Source: a virus
Lineage: Duplodnaviria; Caudoviricetes
IMG/VR virus record: IMGVR_UViG_3300044820_000192
Location: 1-47,905 of that record
Direction: 5' to 3' (one strand)
DNA length: 47,905 nt
Part shown: positions 35,268 through 45,377 of the stretch, one piece after another
How the letters are laid out: each line of letters begins with the position of its first letter
How positions within the stretch are numbered: position 1 is the stretch's first letter
Notes under the pieces: model-generated
Databases searched by the model: none
Told to the model about the DNA's origin: nothing
Seen by the model: the letters and a program-made list of their open reading frames with translations, nothing else
Position numbers and translations under genes: made by a program

Positions 35268-36182
35268 ATGGCTCTGCTCACCGACGCCGATCACATCTCT
35301 GCGGCCGACATGGCCGCGGTCGATCCCGAACTGAACGACGTAGCCACCCAGGAAGGCATCACTATCGAAGGCGATGCCTCCATCTGCCGCAACGCCTGGG
35401 ACGAATGCGCCGATTTTGTGCTCGGCAAAATGGATTCCTTCGGTGGTACGCTCACCGTGTTTGGCTCCCCGCTGGCGGCCGGCGCCGGGTTACTCGACCC
35501 TTTACGCACGCTCGGCACCACGGCCTCGCGCGTCACCCTGAGCCAGATCGTGGTCAGCGATCCCTACCCGCGGCGGCTCTCGCCCATGCGCCGCTGGATG
35601 CTGTACCACGCTCTGGCGCTGTTCTATCGGGCCGCCTCAAATCGCTCCATCAGCGATCGCTATGCCCAGAAGCTCGAACGCTTCGAATTGGACGCTGAAC
35701 GCCATTGGAAGGTGCTGATGGTCCGCGGCCTACCCGTGGTCTTGAAGCCCGTCCCCGCTCCGGGCGCGATCCACGAGCCGAACACCGGCGACTGGAGTCC
35801 CGACAACAACCTCTTCGCTGTCGCCAACCCAACGTCCACGTGGCCGGCCGGACCCATCGACATCGCCATCACCTGGCTGACGGGTGGGGTTTCCGCGGCC
35901 GAGTCCGGGCCCAGCCAAACCCTCACGCTCTCGCTCAACGCCGCACAGAGCCCGGTGGTCTACATTTCCACCCTGCTGCCGCCCTCCGGGGCCATCGGCT
36001 GGAATATCTACGCCGCCAAATCGGGGGCCTCCACGCTGTGGCTCCAAAACGCTCAGCCGCTGGCCCTCTCCCAGTCCGCTTATCCGCTGGCGGCCGCGCC
36101 GGTCCTCGCCGGCACGCCGCTCTCCACCGGCCAGGCACCCGACTTCGCCTTCGCCTTCCAGAACACGCTCCAGCGCATGTAG
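35268..36182 (+). CDS. Head-tail adaptor-like protein with C-terminal beta domain
   Basis: Position after capsid; helical N-half, GWNIY beta C-half. Confidence 0.55.
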   Translation: MALLTDADHISAADMAAVDPELNDVATQEGITIEGDASICRNAWDECADFVLGKMDSFGGTLTVFGSPLAAGAGLLDPLRTLGTTASRVTLSQIVVSDPYPRRLSPMRRWMLYHALALFYRAASNRSISDRYAQKLERFELDAERHWKVLMVRGLPVVLKPVPAPGAIHEPNTGDWSPDNNLFAVANPTSTWPAGPIDIAITWLTGGVSAAESGPSQTLTLSLNAAQSPVVYISTLLPPSGAIGWNIYAAKSGASTLWLQNAQPLALSQSAYPLAAAPVLAGTPLSTGQAPDFAFAFQNTLQRM

Positions 36183-36197
36183 CAGCAGATAGCCTCG

Positions 36198-37781
36198 ATG
36201 CCGGATTCCCTTGACGCGATCAACGCCGAGCAGAATGCGCGCATCGACTCGCTGGTCGGCAAGTTCACCGGCGAGATGCAATCGATGGTGAACCGGGCCC
36301 AGGTTCGGGTGCAGGCCTGGCTCCAGTCCAAACTGACCCTCGACGACGCGGGCAAGATCGCCCGCACGCCCGCGAATCAGCGCATCCTGCGCTCGATCGA
36401 CGCACGGCTCGAACAGGAGATGAAGGCGCTCGGCTTCGACGAGCTCCGCCAATCCTTCGTCAGCCAGTTTCCAGGCGAGTTTAAGTTCTTCGACCGCGCG
36501 ATCGAGGCCATGGGTCTCGATCCGGTGAAGTTCTCCAAGTCCTACCAGGACTTTTTCGCCGCCCAGCAGATGAGCGCCGACGACAATGTCGCCGGCGCGG
36601 TTACGGCGGCCGCGCAAGGGGCCAAGCGCCAGGCTCTGTTCCAGGTCGGCGGGCTCAGCCCCACCGCGCTGGGAGAGATTCTGGCCGCCCAGTTCGGCCG
36701 CTCGGTGCCCCAGGCGCAATCGCTCGCCGACACCGCGATCACCGTATTCTACCGGTCCATCGCCGCCAAGGGCTACGACGAAATCCAGCGGACCCAGTCT
36801 GCGAAGCTCCGCTACAGCTACTACGGCCCCGACGACAAACTCACTCGCCGCTTCTGCCAGGTCCTGATCGAGTCCGGCCGCACTTACACCCGGGCGCAGA
36901 TCGACGCCATGTCCAATGGCCAGTTGCCCAACGTGTTTATCACCGCGGGCGGCTACAATTGCCGGCATCAATGGGCGCTCAGTGCCGAGGCTCCCTCCAC
37001 CAAGGGCAAGGATCTCCGGTCCGCCACCACCGTCCGCCGCGAGATCGAGGCCACTGCCAGAGCCTACGATGCGTTGATCGAGGCCCAGAAGTCCGCGGTC
37101 AGAGATCTTTCCGCCAGTTCGGCTCCGGCCGACCAGGCGGCGGCCAAGCATGCCGCTCGCGCCCTGCGCCGTTTCACCCAGGCCAAGGATGAAGGCATCC
37201 GGTCAGTCCTCTACGCCGAGAAGGAGGCTCAGCCGGACATCGTCTTCGACGCGGAGTTGCATCCATCCACGCGGCGCGCCTGGCTGTCGAAACTACGGCA
37301 ATTCTCCCGGCTGGCCGGCTCCGGCGCACCGGTAGATGGGGAGACCGTACTCGTCACCCGGAGCGACACTGATCGATCGGCCTTCAAAGCGGCCGCCTGG
37401 CAGGGCAAAGGAGTGGTGGAGCTTGCGCCCGAGGGGGACGTAAGGGACGCGGTCCACGAGATGGCCCACTGGATGGAATCGCTCAGTCCGGACGTTCACG
37501 ACGCCTGCGTCGAGTTTCTGGAGCGCCGCACCAAGGGAGAAGCGCCGGTATCCATGCGGGCGGCCACTGGAGATAAACGGTATGGGCCGGGGGAGCGGAC
37601 CCGGCGCGATAAATTCACCGACCCTTACATCGGAAAGATCTACCCGTCGGCGGCCGACGGAAAACCGAGCGGTACGGAGGTCCTCTCCATGGGAATGGAA
37701 ATGATGCAGGAAAATCCGCTCCAGCTCCTCGAAGATCCCGACTTTTTCGATTTCCTCTGGGGCGTGTTGCGGCGCAAATGA
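36198..37781 (+). CDS. Minor capsid (MuF-like) protein with C-terminal HExxH domain
   Basis: TRRFC...GGYNCRHQW head-morphogenesis motif; VHEMAHWME...EVLSMGME. Confidence 0.75.
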   Translation: MPDSLDAINAEQNARIDSLVGKFTGEMQSMVNRAQVRVQAWLQSKLTLDDAGKIARTPANQRILRSIDARLEQEMKALGFDELRQSFVSQFPGEFKFFDRAIEAMGLDPVKFSKSYQDFFAAQQMSADDNVAGAVTAAAQGAKRQALFQVGGLSPTALGEILAAQFGRSVPQAQSLADTAITVFYRSIAAKGYDEIQRTQSAKLRYSYYGPDDKLTRRFCQVLIESGRTYTRAQIDAMSNGQLPNVFITAGGYNCRHQWALSAEAPSTKGKDLRSATTVRREIEATARAYDALIEAQKSAVRDLSASSAPADQAAAKHAARALRRFTQAKDEGIRSVLYAEKEAQPDIVFDAELHPSTRRAWLSKLRQFSRLAGSGAPVDGETVLVTRSDTDRSAFKAAAWQGKGVVELAPEGDVRDAVHEMAHWMESLSPDVHDACVEFLERRTKGEAPVSMRAATGDKRYGPGERTRRDKFTDPYIGKIYPSAADGKPSGTEVLSMGMEMMQENPLQLLEDPDFFDFLWGVLRRK

Positions 37782-37841
37782 CGATGGGGGACGAAGGTAC
37801 CATGGAGATCTTCGCCGCTCGGGGAACACAATAGAAACGTC

Positions 37842-38111
37842 ATGTCAGTGACCATCGAGTACAACGGCCAAACCGCAACCCTCGCGGAAGGCTCCTGGAA
37901 GTGTGCGGGAGACCGCGACCTCGAAGAGTTTCTGAACGACGCTCCCGGCAGCCTGGTCCGTCAATATCTCGGCTACACCTACAGCCCGGACCGCGAGATG
38001 TCCCGCGCCGAGGCCATCTGCGCCGAAGCCAAGGACCTCAACCGCAAAGCGCGGATCGTCAGCTTCTCGCCGCGCAAAAAAGTGAAGCTCGACCCGAACG
38101 TCATTTACTGA
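37842..38111 (+). CDS. Small hypothetical protein, candidate immunity partner
   Basis: 89 aa directly after MuF-toxin-like gene. Confidence 0.6.
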   Translation: MSVTIEYNGQTATLAEGSWKCAGDRDLEEFLNDAPGSLVRQYLGYTYSPDREMSRAEAICAEAKDLNRKARIVSFSPRKKVKLDPNVIY

Positions 38112-38469
38112 TCCAGACGGCGCACTCCCGCAACGCCGCTCTGTCCTTCACCCTCATCTCATCGAGCCGCATCCAGTGCATGTTTTCAACGGCGTCCGCG
38201 CCGCCGCAGGCCAGCGGAATAACGTGGTCGATGACGTAGCCCGGACAGCGGCCCTTAATTAGGCCGGTGAGTGGGCACGGGTGAGCGGTTAGGAACGCGC
38301 GCCGCACCCTGGAGCTCCGCAGGATGCGTCCATGCGCGTCCCTGGGGCATGTTACACACCGGGGCTCGGCGAGGGCGGCAAGGCATAACACGAGAGTCAG
38401 AAGAGCAGCGGAGACAAGGCTAGGGTGCACTCGCGGCTTGTGATGATTCGGGGTTGTCGTCGTCATCAT
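38101..38469 (-). CDS. HNH endonuclease-like protein with signal/TM segment
   Basis: HPCPLTG...CPGYVIDHVIPLACGGADAVENMHW; hydrophobic N-terminus. Confidence 0.8.
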   Translation of the reverse strand: MMTTTTPNHHKPRVHPSLVSAALLTLVLCLAALAEPRCVTCPRDAHGRILRSSRVRRAFLTAHPCPLTGLIKGRCPGYVIDHVIPLACGGADAVENMHWMRLDEMRVKDRAALRECAVWISK

Positions 38470-39052
38470 AAGGGGCCATCGGATCTGGATCTGCGTCCCG
38501 GATCTTCAAGACCGGAGACTCGGCCAGGAGCTTCGGATTCTCCTGGAGCCGTTCCCAGACCCAGTCAGTAATTGTGAAGTAGGAGACATCGACGTGTAAC
38601 TTTGCGGGCGCCTCCAACAGTCCGCGGCGAGTCAAAGATCGGGCCGGCCCCAGGTCTTCATCAAACATGAGGGAGATCTGCAACGTGCGGGTCTGTTCGT
38701 CAAGGAAGCGCTTGAGCAGCCGCTTGTCGTCGCGGCCGAGGTTTCTGAGCGCGGTCTCGCGGGCGCTTCGCTCAGCTTCAACTCGCGCCGCAGTTTCCTC
38801 TTGATCACGATGTTTCTGCAAGGACTCCTCGCGCCGCTTCGTCCGGCGTCCCTGCCATTTGTAGAGAGAGTTGACGCACCACACGGCCGACGAGAAGAGG
38901 AACGCCATTATGAACCAGGGCTGGTAGGCGGGCAGCCCGCACGCGGCGGCCAGTCCAGGGAACAGCGTCAAGATGCCGGAAAGGGCGGCGATAACGAGCA
39001 TAGTCTGAGGTGATCCCTTCATCACCCATTCGAGTAGTTTTGTCCAGTCCAC
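38420..39052 (-). CDS. Superinfection exclusion B (SieB)-like membrane protein
   Basis: Two N-terminal TMs, coiled linker, LRNLGRDDKRLLKRFL...L..RGLL winged-helix-like C-terminus; antisense moron; start uncertain (up to 39145). Confidence 0.6.
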   Translation of the reverse strand: MDWTKLLEWVMKGSPQTMLVIAALSGILTLFPGLAAACGLPAYQPWFIMAFLFSSAVWCVNSLYKWQGRRTKRREESLQKHRDQEETAARVEAERSARETALRNLGRDDKRLLKRFLDEQTRTLQISLMFDEDLGPARSLTRRGLLEAPAKLHVDVSYFTITDWVWERLQENPKLLAESPVLKIRDADPDPMAPYDDDDNPESSQAASAP

Positions 39053-39152
39053 AAGGGGCACCGGATTGTAAGTCGCCGGCACAGCCCAGATTCTCCCCAG
39101 GAAAGAACCGATGAGATTTCTTCCGCGGAAATAGCCGGGTTCCATTCACATC

Positions 39153-39803
39153 ATGCCAGTCACATTCCGCGCCTTGCCCGGCGGCGGCGATCCGCTGTCG
39201 GTGGTGATCCAACTGCGCGAAGACATGAAAGTGCAGCAGGCGGATTTGAGCTATGCGCTGGAGCGCCAGAAGACGCGGATTCTTGATCGCACCACGATCC
39301 AGGGAGTCGACTGCGACGGCACCCTGTTCGCTCCGTACTCCACCAAGGGGCCGTATTATTACTATCCCGGAGGCCCTGGCGCGGGGAGAACCGTCAAGCA
39401 GCGCAAGAGCGCGGTCAACCGCCTGCTGAAGCGCACCGGAGGCATCGCGGAGATGCGCTCCGAATATCTCGGTAGCTCGTCAATCGGCGGCGTCAAGACC
39501 CGCTCGGGGCTCGGCATCCGCTTTGAATCCTACGCCGATTTCAAGGCCTCGCTTGGCCGCCGGGGCGTCGATCTCACCGGGCCACGCGCTCCGCATATGC
39601 TCCAGACCATGATGGTTCACCTGACCGGCCCCGGCGAAGGCGCCATCGGCATCTACGACCCCGAGAAGGCCGCCATAGCCGAGGGCCACCAGAACGGCGC
39701 CGCCCATCTGCCGCGCCGGGCCTTCATCGGCGCGGGCGAGCGGGATATCGAGGCGATCGCCACCGACCTGGTGGAACGCATTACCGCGCGGCTGATGCGC
39801 TGA
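39153..39803 (+). CDS. Neck/virion morphogenesis protein
   Basis: D..G..FAPYS...A..HQ.G...LPRRAFIG. Confidence 0.75.
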   Translation: MPVTFRALPGGGDPLSVVIQLREDMKVQQADLSYALERQKTRILDRTTIQGVDCDGTLFAPYSTKGPYYYYPGGPGAGRTVKQRKSAVNRLLKRTGGIAEMRSEYLGSSSIGGVKTRSGLGIRFESYADFKASLGRRGVDLTGPRAPHMLQTMMVHLTGPGEGAIGIYDPEKAAIAEGHQNGAAHLPRRAFIGAGERDIEAIATDLVERITARLMR

Positions 39804-39819
39804 TCCAGAAAAACCACCC

Positions 39820-40341
39820 ATGCCCCAAATCTCGAAGATCGCCCGCGACGCCGTCCGCCAGGTGCTCGCCGATCCGGACGCTGGATTCAACGCCGCCGCG
39901 GCCGAGGCCGCTCCGCTGTATGGGATCGATCCCCTGGCGATCGACTGGGACGGTGGCTCGCGGAATTTCTTCCAGGGCGCTCTCACTCCAGCCGATCTGG
40001 ACCGCACCACGCCGGCGCAATACCCCTACGCCATGCTCTATACGCTCGCCAGCCGCAACACAGGCGAGCAGAAGTTCATGACCTTCTCGGGCGAGATCAC
40101 CCTGGCACTCGACATCTATCTGTCCTGGCGCAAGACGTCGGCGCTCAGCGACTATGAGGACACCCTCGATGCCGTCGAGGACGTTGTCTACGGCGTCATC
40201 AACCAGGCCGACTGGAATCCCTTCGGACTGGTCTGGGACGGCGACATCGACTGTACCCGCGTCATGCTCGACGCCTCCGGCGGCCAGCACTGGCGCGCCG
40301 CTCTGCACTTCCGCATGACCTTCGAACTCCACACCAATTGA
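39820..40341 (+). CDS. Tail terminator/completion protein (putative)
   Basis: Synteny and size. Confidence 0.55.
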   Translation: MPQISKIARDAVRQVLADPDAGFNAAAAEAAPLYGIDPLAIDWDGGSRNFFQGALTPADLDRTTPAQYPYAMLYTLASRNTGEQKFMTFSGEITLALDIYLSWRKTSALSDYEDTLDAVEDVVYGVINQADWNPFGLVWDGDIDCTRVMLDASGGQHWRAALHFRMTFELHTN

Positions 40342-40352
40342 GGACTCTGCTA

Positions 40353-40667
40353 ATGACCACCTATCGTTTTACCGGCGCGGAGGCCACGGTCGGCCGCGTC
40401 GAGCTGCGCCACTGGGGCCAGCGCATCGAGCTCGATGAACCGGCGGTCCAGAACGCCTGGTCCGGCGGCGCCGCCCTAATCACCCAGGAGGAGTACTCCG
40501 AAATCGGCTTTACGGCCGCACAGGAAAAGCGCTACGCCATGCCCGCCGCGCACCTCGAACCGGACCCCGAATTCGCGGCCATGAAACAGCGTGCCCAGCA
40601 GCTCGCCGCCGCCCACGTGGCCGCCGCACGTGCCGAGACGCAGACGCAGACCGGGGAGGAGAAATAA
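40353..40667 (+). CDS. Hypothetical protein
   Basis: GAGGA RBS; between terminator and tube. Confidence 0.6.
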   Translation: MTTYRFTGAEATVGRVELRHWGQRIELDEPAVQNAWSGGAALITQEEYSEIGFTAAQEKRYAMPAAHLEPDPEFAAMKQRAQQLAAAHVAAARAETQTQTGEEK

Positions 40668-40668
40668 C

Positions 40669-41694
40669 ATGGCTTACGCATTCAATCGCAACGAACGCAT
40701 TTACCTCCAAAACGAGGCCACCTACGGCATCATCCCCAACACCTCGGGCGCGGCTACGCTCACCGGCGCCAACTGTTGCCGCCACATCAAATGCGTCCTG
40801 ACACCCAAAGAGGACATGCTCGTCCGCGAGGACAAAACCGGTTCACGCACTACCACTCCAGGCACCGCCGGGAAGCGCACCGGTTCCACCTGGTCGATCG
40901 AGGCGAGCATGGCCGCATCCGGCACTCCTGGCGTCGCGCCGGACTGCGATCCGGCCCTGCAGTCACTGTTCGGCTCGGCGCCTACCATCGTTCCTGGCGT
41001 GAGCGTGACCTACTCGATCTCCGACGCACCCAAGAGTTTCTCGCTGTGGGATTACCGCACTCCCGCAACCGTGATGCAGCGGGTGGGATCGGGCTGCCTC
41101 TCCAATGAAGTGACGGTGCAGCTTGGTCAAGGCGTGGCCAAAATCAACGCCTCAGGCCCGTGCAAGTGGATCGTCGATTCGGTCAATTTCTCGACGCTCG
41201 ACAGCGTCGGGAAATCCGGCCTCTCCGCCTTCCCCGCTGAGCCGGCACTCAATACCATCGTCACCAATGGCGGCATCATCCCTGCCTACAAAGGCGTCGC
41301 CACCTGGGACAGCAACGTGCTCGCCACTCTGCGCACTTCCACTCTGCGCATGGTGGCCAACAACTTCACTGTTGACGATACCTTTGGTTCCGACTATGCC
41401 ACTACCACCGAAGCCGATGTGCGCGACTTCAGCGTCGATTTGAACATCTACGACGACGACGGCTCCACGGCGGCCGATCTGTATCAGAAAGCCCTCTCGA
41501 AGACCCCCATCACGATCGTGAACCAGATCGGCGTCGTACCCGGCTCCATCTGGACCTGGACCATCAAGGGCGTCCAATTGGCACTCCCGGCGATCGTCGA
41601 AGGCCAGCGCCGTTGGACCGCCAGTTTCGGCGCGTCGCGAGCCTCGGGCTCCAGCCTCACCGCGCTCGACGAAGTCTCCCTGACCATCAGCTAA
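40669..41694 (+). CDS. Major tail tube protein
   Basis: E.TYG..P N-terminus, beta-rich; precedes chaperone and tape measure. Confidence 0.8.
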   Translation: MAYAFNRNERIYLQNEATYGIIPNTSGAATLTGANCCRHIKCVLTPKEDMLVREDKTGSRTTTPGTAGKRTGSTWSIEASMAASGTPGVAPDCDPALQSLFGSAPTIVPGVSVTYSISDAPKSFSLWDYRTPATVMQRVGSGCLSNEVTVQLGQGVAKINASGPCKWIVDSVNFSTLDSVGKSGLSAFPAEPALNTIVTNGGIIPAYKGVATWDSNVLATLRTSTLRMVANNFTVDDTFGSDYATTTEADVRDFSVDLNIYDDDGSTAADLYQKALSKTPITIVNQIGVVPGSIWTWTIKGVQLALPAIVEGQRRWTASFGASRASGSSLTALDEVSLTIS

Positions 41695-41708
41695 CCAAAC
41701 CAACCAAC

Positions 41709-42206
41709 ATGGCAAACTTCGAATCCAGCCGGCGCGTCGCGTCCAAGACGCCCGGCTATGAGGACGTGGTCTTCGTCCTCACCAAAATGACCGAGCGGGC
41801 GCGGATCAGGCTCAACCTGGCGCTCGCCGAATCCAAAGCCAAGTTGCGCGCGTTGCTCGCCGAGCGTAAGGAGCTGGGCGAAGATCCCGATGCAGAAGCC
41901 ATCGAGACATTGGCCGAGAAGTTTGCCGAGGTCTCCAATCGGGAGGTCCAACCGGCCTGGCTCGCCTGGGGCCTGCGCGCGATCGAGAACTATTCGGTTG
42001 ATGGCGAACCGGTCATCACCGCCGCGGACTTGGCCGGCGGCGACCCAGCACTGTACGCCGAAGCCTACGACCTGGTCCGCCGCGAGGCCGGCCTCTCCGG
42101 AGACGAACAAAAAAACTCGCCCTCGCCTACCACTTCTGGCGCACCGGATCAGGCGAAGACGAGCGATTCAACTGCGCCCTCCGCGAGCGAACTTGCTGTT
42201 TCGTAG
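41709..42206 (+). CDS. Tail assembly chaperone (gpG-like)
   Basis: Ends ...GLSGDEQKNS with slippery A-AAA-AAC. Confidence 0.8.
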   Translation: MANFESSRRVASKTPGYEDVVFVLTKMTERARIRLNLALAESKAKLRALLAERKELGEDPDAEAIETLAEKFAEVSNREVQPAWLAWGLRAIENYSVDGEPVITAADLAGGDPALYAEAYDLVRREAGLSGDEQKNSPSPTTSGAPDQAKTSDSTAPSASELAVS

Positions 42207-42547
42207 AGCGCAACTGCCCCCGCTACTATCCGGCCGCCGTCTCGACAGACCGGGCCCCCTCCTGGGAGGCCCGCTACGAGACCGAAAAGGGGACCGCCTA
42301 CTTTATTGACGGCCTGACCGCCGAGGAGTGCCCGGCCTCGCTGATCTCGCCGCGCTCCATCGAGCTGGTGCAGATCTTCTCCCGCGCCGGACACGCCCAG
42401 CGCGCCTCCGGCGCCGCGCTCTTCGGCCCCGACCTGGGCCGCTGGCCCGGTTGGGCGGTGGACACGCTCGTGGTGCTCGAAATCGAGCGCATTAAGGAAC
42501 ACAACGCCCGGATGGAAGCCGAGGCCGCCGAAAGATCCCATGGCTAA
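42110..42547 (+). CDS. -1 frameshift extension of tail chaperone (gpGT-like)
   Basis: A AAA AAC at 42110-42116; -1 frame open (LALAYHFWR...CPASLISPRS...) to TAA 42547. Confidence 0.8.
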   Translation, partial: KKLALAYHFWRTGSGEDERFNCALRERTCCFVERNCPRYYPAAVSTDRAPSWEARYETEKGTAYFIDGLTAEECPASLISPRSIELVQIFSRAGHAQRASGAALFGPDLGRWPGWAVDTLVVLEIERIKEHNARMEAEAAERSHG

Positions 42548-45377
42548 TCGCAGCGTCGAACTCAACGTCAAGGTCATTGCCGAGGGCCAGGCCCAACTCG
42601 ACCAAATCGAGAAATCCACGCGCGGAGTCGGCGCGGCCAGCCAGGCGGCCAACACCGACCTGACCCAGCTTGAAGCGACGATCAGGACGCTCATTCAATC
42701 CAACCTGGCGCTGCGCAGCTCCATTGAAGCGAACACCACCGCGCTCGGCGAGTTCGAGGGCGCGGCCGGCGGCGCGGGGCGCGCGGCCGGGGGCATGGTT
42801 GGCCAGACCGCCGCCGCTTCCGCCGCGTTGCGTGCCCTCGATGGCAACCTTACCCTTCGCTCTGCGGGCCGGTTTCTGGGTAGCATCCAGGGCATCGGTG
42901 CCGCGCTGCAGGCCGTATTTCCAGTGATCGGCGCCCTGGCGGCGGCGGATTTCATCGTGAAGGGCGTCGAGTCTCTATGGGAGCTCGCCCAGGCCTGGGA
43001 TCCGGTGATCCAGGCCGAGAAGAAGGCAACCGAACACATTAAGGAACTGACGGACGAATATAAAGGGCTCGTCAAAGAGGCCCAGCACCTCAAATACGAG
43101 GAGGCTGAGCGCGAGCACGGCCGGGCATACCGCCTGCGGCTTGAAGCGGGAGACAAACAGGGCGACGCCTATATGGCGCAATTCCGCGTTGAGCGGGCCC
43201 AGGCCGCCATTGACGCAGCCGCAAAGCGTGTGCGCGAGGGAGACCAGGGTCCTGAGCGCACCGTCAGCACTCCCTATGTTGGCGTAACGCATGTCGGTGG
43301 TCTGACAAGGGATGCCCGCGCCGCTCAGGCCAGCATGCCCGATCTTCAGCTCGAACTCGAAACCGCGCGCCAGCAACTCATGAATGAGCAGGGCGCGACC
43401 GACCTCCTCAAGGGCCGCGCTTCAGACGAAGCCAAGAAGAAGGCTCTCGAAGCCCAGCGCGAGCTGGATCGTGCCGAGCAGCAGGCCGCCAAGATGCTCG
43501 AACAGGCCCAACTCTCCCAGCTCTCCGGGATGCAGCGCTTGATTGCCGAGCGATCGATCGAGCTTGATCAGCTCGGTTTGACCAAGAAAGCCATCGAAGA
43601 CCTCAACAAAGCCTACGGTCTGCGCGAGCAGAATGAGTTCAAGCGGATCCGGGAACAGAACGCCAAATCCCTCGACACCGGCGTCGGCGGCTTCGACCCG
43701 CTCCAATTCGCAGCGGCCGGTCCGGGCGCGGTTCAACAGGCCAGTGCGCTGCTGGTCCTGTCTCAGATGCTGGGGCCGTCGCTGAAATCCGATACCTTCC
43801 AATTCACCCACTCCCTCGCCAAGCAGAACGCTCAGGACGCCAAGGACGTGGGCTCCCTCGGCCGCGCCCTCGACCTGTACGATGAGGCCGATGCGCGCAG
43901 CACCCGGCGCCAGGCCGACAAGGCCGAAGCATTCGCCAATTTGAACAGCGGAGGCGATCAGAAGGCGGCCATCGAATCGGCTTTCCAACTCCGCAAGCAG
44001 CTCGCCGAGCAGCTCTTCGAGATCGAGACGCGCCGGCTCGGCCGCATCGACGACGAGGCCGAGCGCGAAAAGGCGATCGCTAAAGCCAAGCTCGACTCCG
44101 AAGACCAGCTCGACAAGTTCCGCACCGAGCGCGAGCTGAAATTCGCCGAGCTGCGTAAGAAGAACATCGAGGAGGCCGCCAACGAGGCCCGGTCGCTCGC
44201 CGGGGGCCTCTACTCCGCCATGCGCGGCGGCTCGGGCGGCCTGCGTAATTTCTTCATGGGCCAGGCCGACCAGATCGGCAAGACCGCCTTCGAGAACCTC
44301 GCCGGTCCGCAACTCCAGAAAGCGCTGCAGGGGTTGGCCGGCATGAACATCGGCGGACCGCTGAACTCCATCTTCAAGGGCACGATCCTCGATTCCTCCC
44401 ACGCCATCTCGCCCGAGATCGCCTCCCGCGACCGCAACACGGTGGCCGTCGATACCCTGACCTCGGCAATCAGCGGCGTACCGGTGGGCTCTGGCACCGT
44501 GCCGCCGATAGCCTCCGGATCATCCGGCTCATCGTCCCCGCTGTCCATCCTTCCCTCCCTGCTCAGAGGAGGAAGCTCTGCCAGCAGCCTTCTCGGCGCG
44601 CTGACCGGCGCCGGCGGCGGAAGCGCGGGCAGTCTCTTCGGCGCGCTGGCCAGTTCAGGCGGCGGAGGATCGCTCCCCAGTTCCGGCGATGCCGTCATCG
44701 ACGCCGTGATGAAGAGCAACCTCTCTCAAATGGACTCCATCTCGGCGCCGCAGGGCTCCTGGTGGCAGCAGAACGGCGGCGCGGTGGGACGCGACATTGC
44801 CGGCGCAGGTATGACCTATGCCGGTATCCAGGACATTGTGCACGGAACCGCCTATGGCGGCGCTCGCGGCGCGCTGGGGACCGCCGCCGGCATCTATCAA
44901 ACCGGCGCCGGCATCGCCGAGATGGTCCCAGGCGGCCAGGAGTTCGCCGCTGGCCTGCAGCTCACCTCGATGATCCTCCAGGGCGTCAAAGCCATGTTCG
45001 GCGATCCCAAGCAGCAGCGGCAGACCCAGATCCAGCAGTTCATGCAGCGCAATCAGTATCTCCGGCCGCCTTCGATCAACCAGACCGTCGATCAGTACGG
45101 CATGCAGGCCGGTTACGACGCCATGGGGCAGGCCCGCTCGCTCGACTTTGCGGGCTTCCCGGTCGATATCACGCCCACCCAGTACGACAAGTATTGGAAC
45201 GTGCTCCCCGGATCGGTCTCGACGCCGACGGGGCCGGCCGTCACGGTCAACGTCAACGCGCTCGATTCGCAGTCGTTCATTGACCACCACCAGGACATCG
45301 GCGATGCCCTGGCTACCGCGCTCAACAATGGCCACGTCGTCTCGAGCGTGATTCAGCGGACGGTGAACCCATCGTGA
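42540..45377 (+). CDS. Tape measure protein
   Basis: 945 aa, A/G-rich helical, ends VTVNVNALDSQSF; follows chaperone. Confidence 0.9.
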   Translation: MANRSVELNVKVIAEGQAQLDQIEKSTRGVGAASQAANTDLTQLEATIRTLIQSNLALRSSIEANTTALGEFEGAAGGAGRAAGGMVGQTAAASAALRALDGNLTLRSAGRFLGSIQGIGAALQAVFPVIGALAAADFIVKGVESLWELAQAWDPVIQAEKKATEHIKELTDEYKGLVKEAQHLKYEEAEREHGRAYRLRLEAGDKQGDAYMAQFRVERAQAAIDAAAKRVREGDQGPERTVSTPYVGVTHVGGLTRDARAAQASMPDLQLELETARQQLMNEQGATDLLKGRASDEAKKKALEAQRELDRAEQQAAKMLEQAQLSQLSGMQRLIAERSIELDQLGLTKKAIEDLNKAYGLREQNEFKRIREQNAKSLDTGVGGFDPLQFAAAGPGAVQQASALLVLSQMLGPSLKSDTFQFTHSLAKQNAQDAKDVGSLGRALDLYDEADARSTRRQADKAEAFANLNSGGDQKAAIESAFQLRKQLAEQLFEIETRRLGRIDDEAEREKAIAKAKLDSEDQLDKFRTERELKFAELRKKNIEEAANEARSLAGGLYSAMRGGSGGLRNFFMGQADQIGKTAFENLAGPQLQKALQGLAGMNIGGPLNSIFKGTILDSSHAISPEIASRDRNTVAVDTLTSAISGVPVGSGTVPPIASGSSGSSSPLSILPSLLRGGSSASSLLGALTGAGGGSAGSLFGALASSGGGGSLPSSGDAVIDAVMKSNLSQMDSISAPQGSWWQQNGGAVGRDIAGAGMTYAGIQDIVHGTAYGGARGALGTAAGIYQTGAGIAEMVPGGQEFAAGLQLTSMILQGVKAMFGDPKQQRQTQIQQFMQRNQYLRPPSINQTVDQYGMQAGYDAMGQARSLDFAGFPVDITPTQYDKYWNVLPGSVSTPTGPAVTVNVNALDSQSFIDHHQDIGDALATALNNGHVVSSVIQRTVNPS

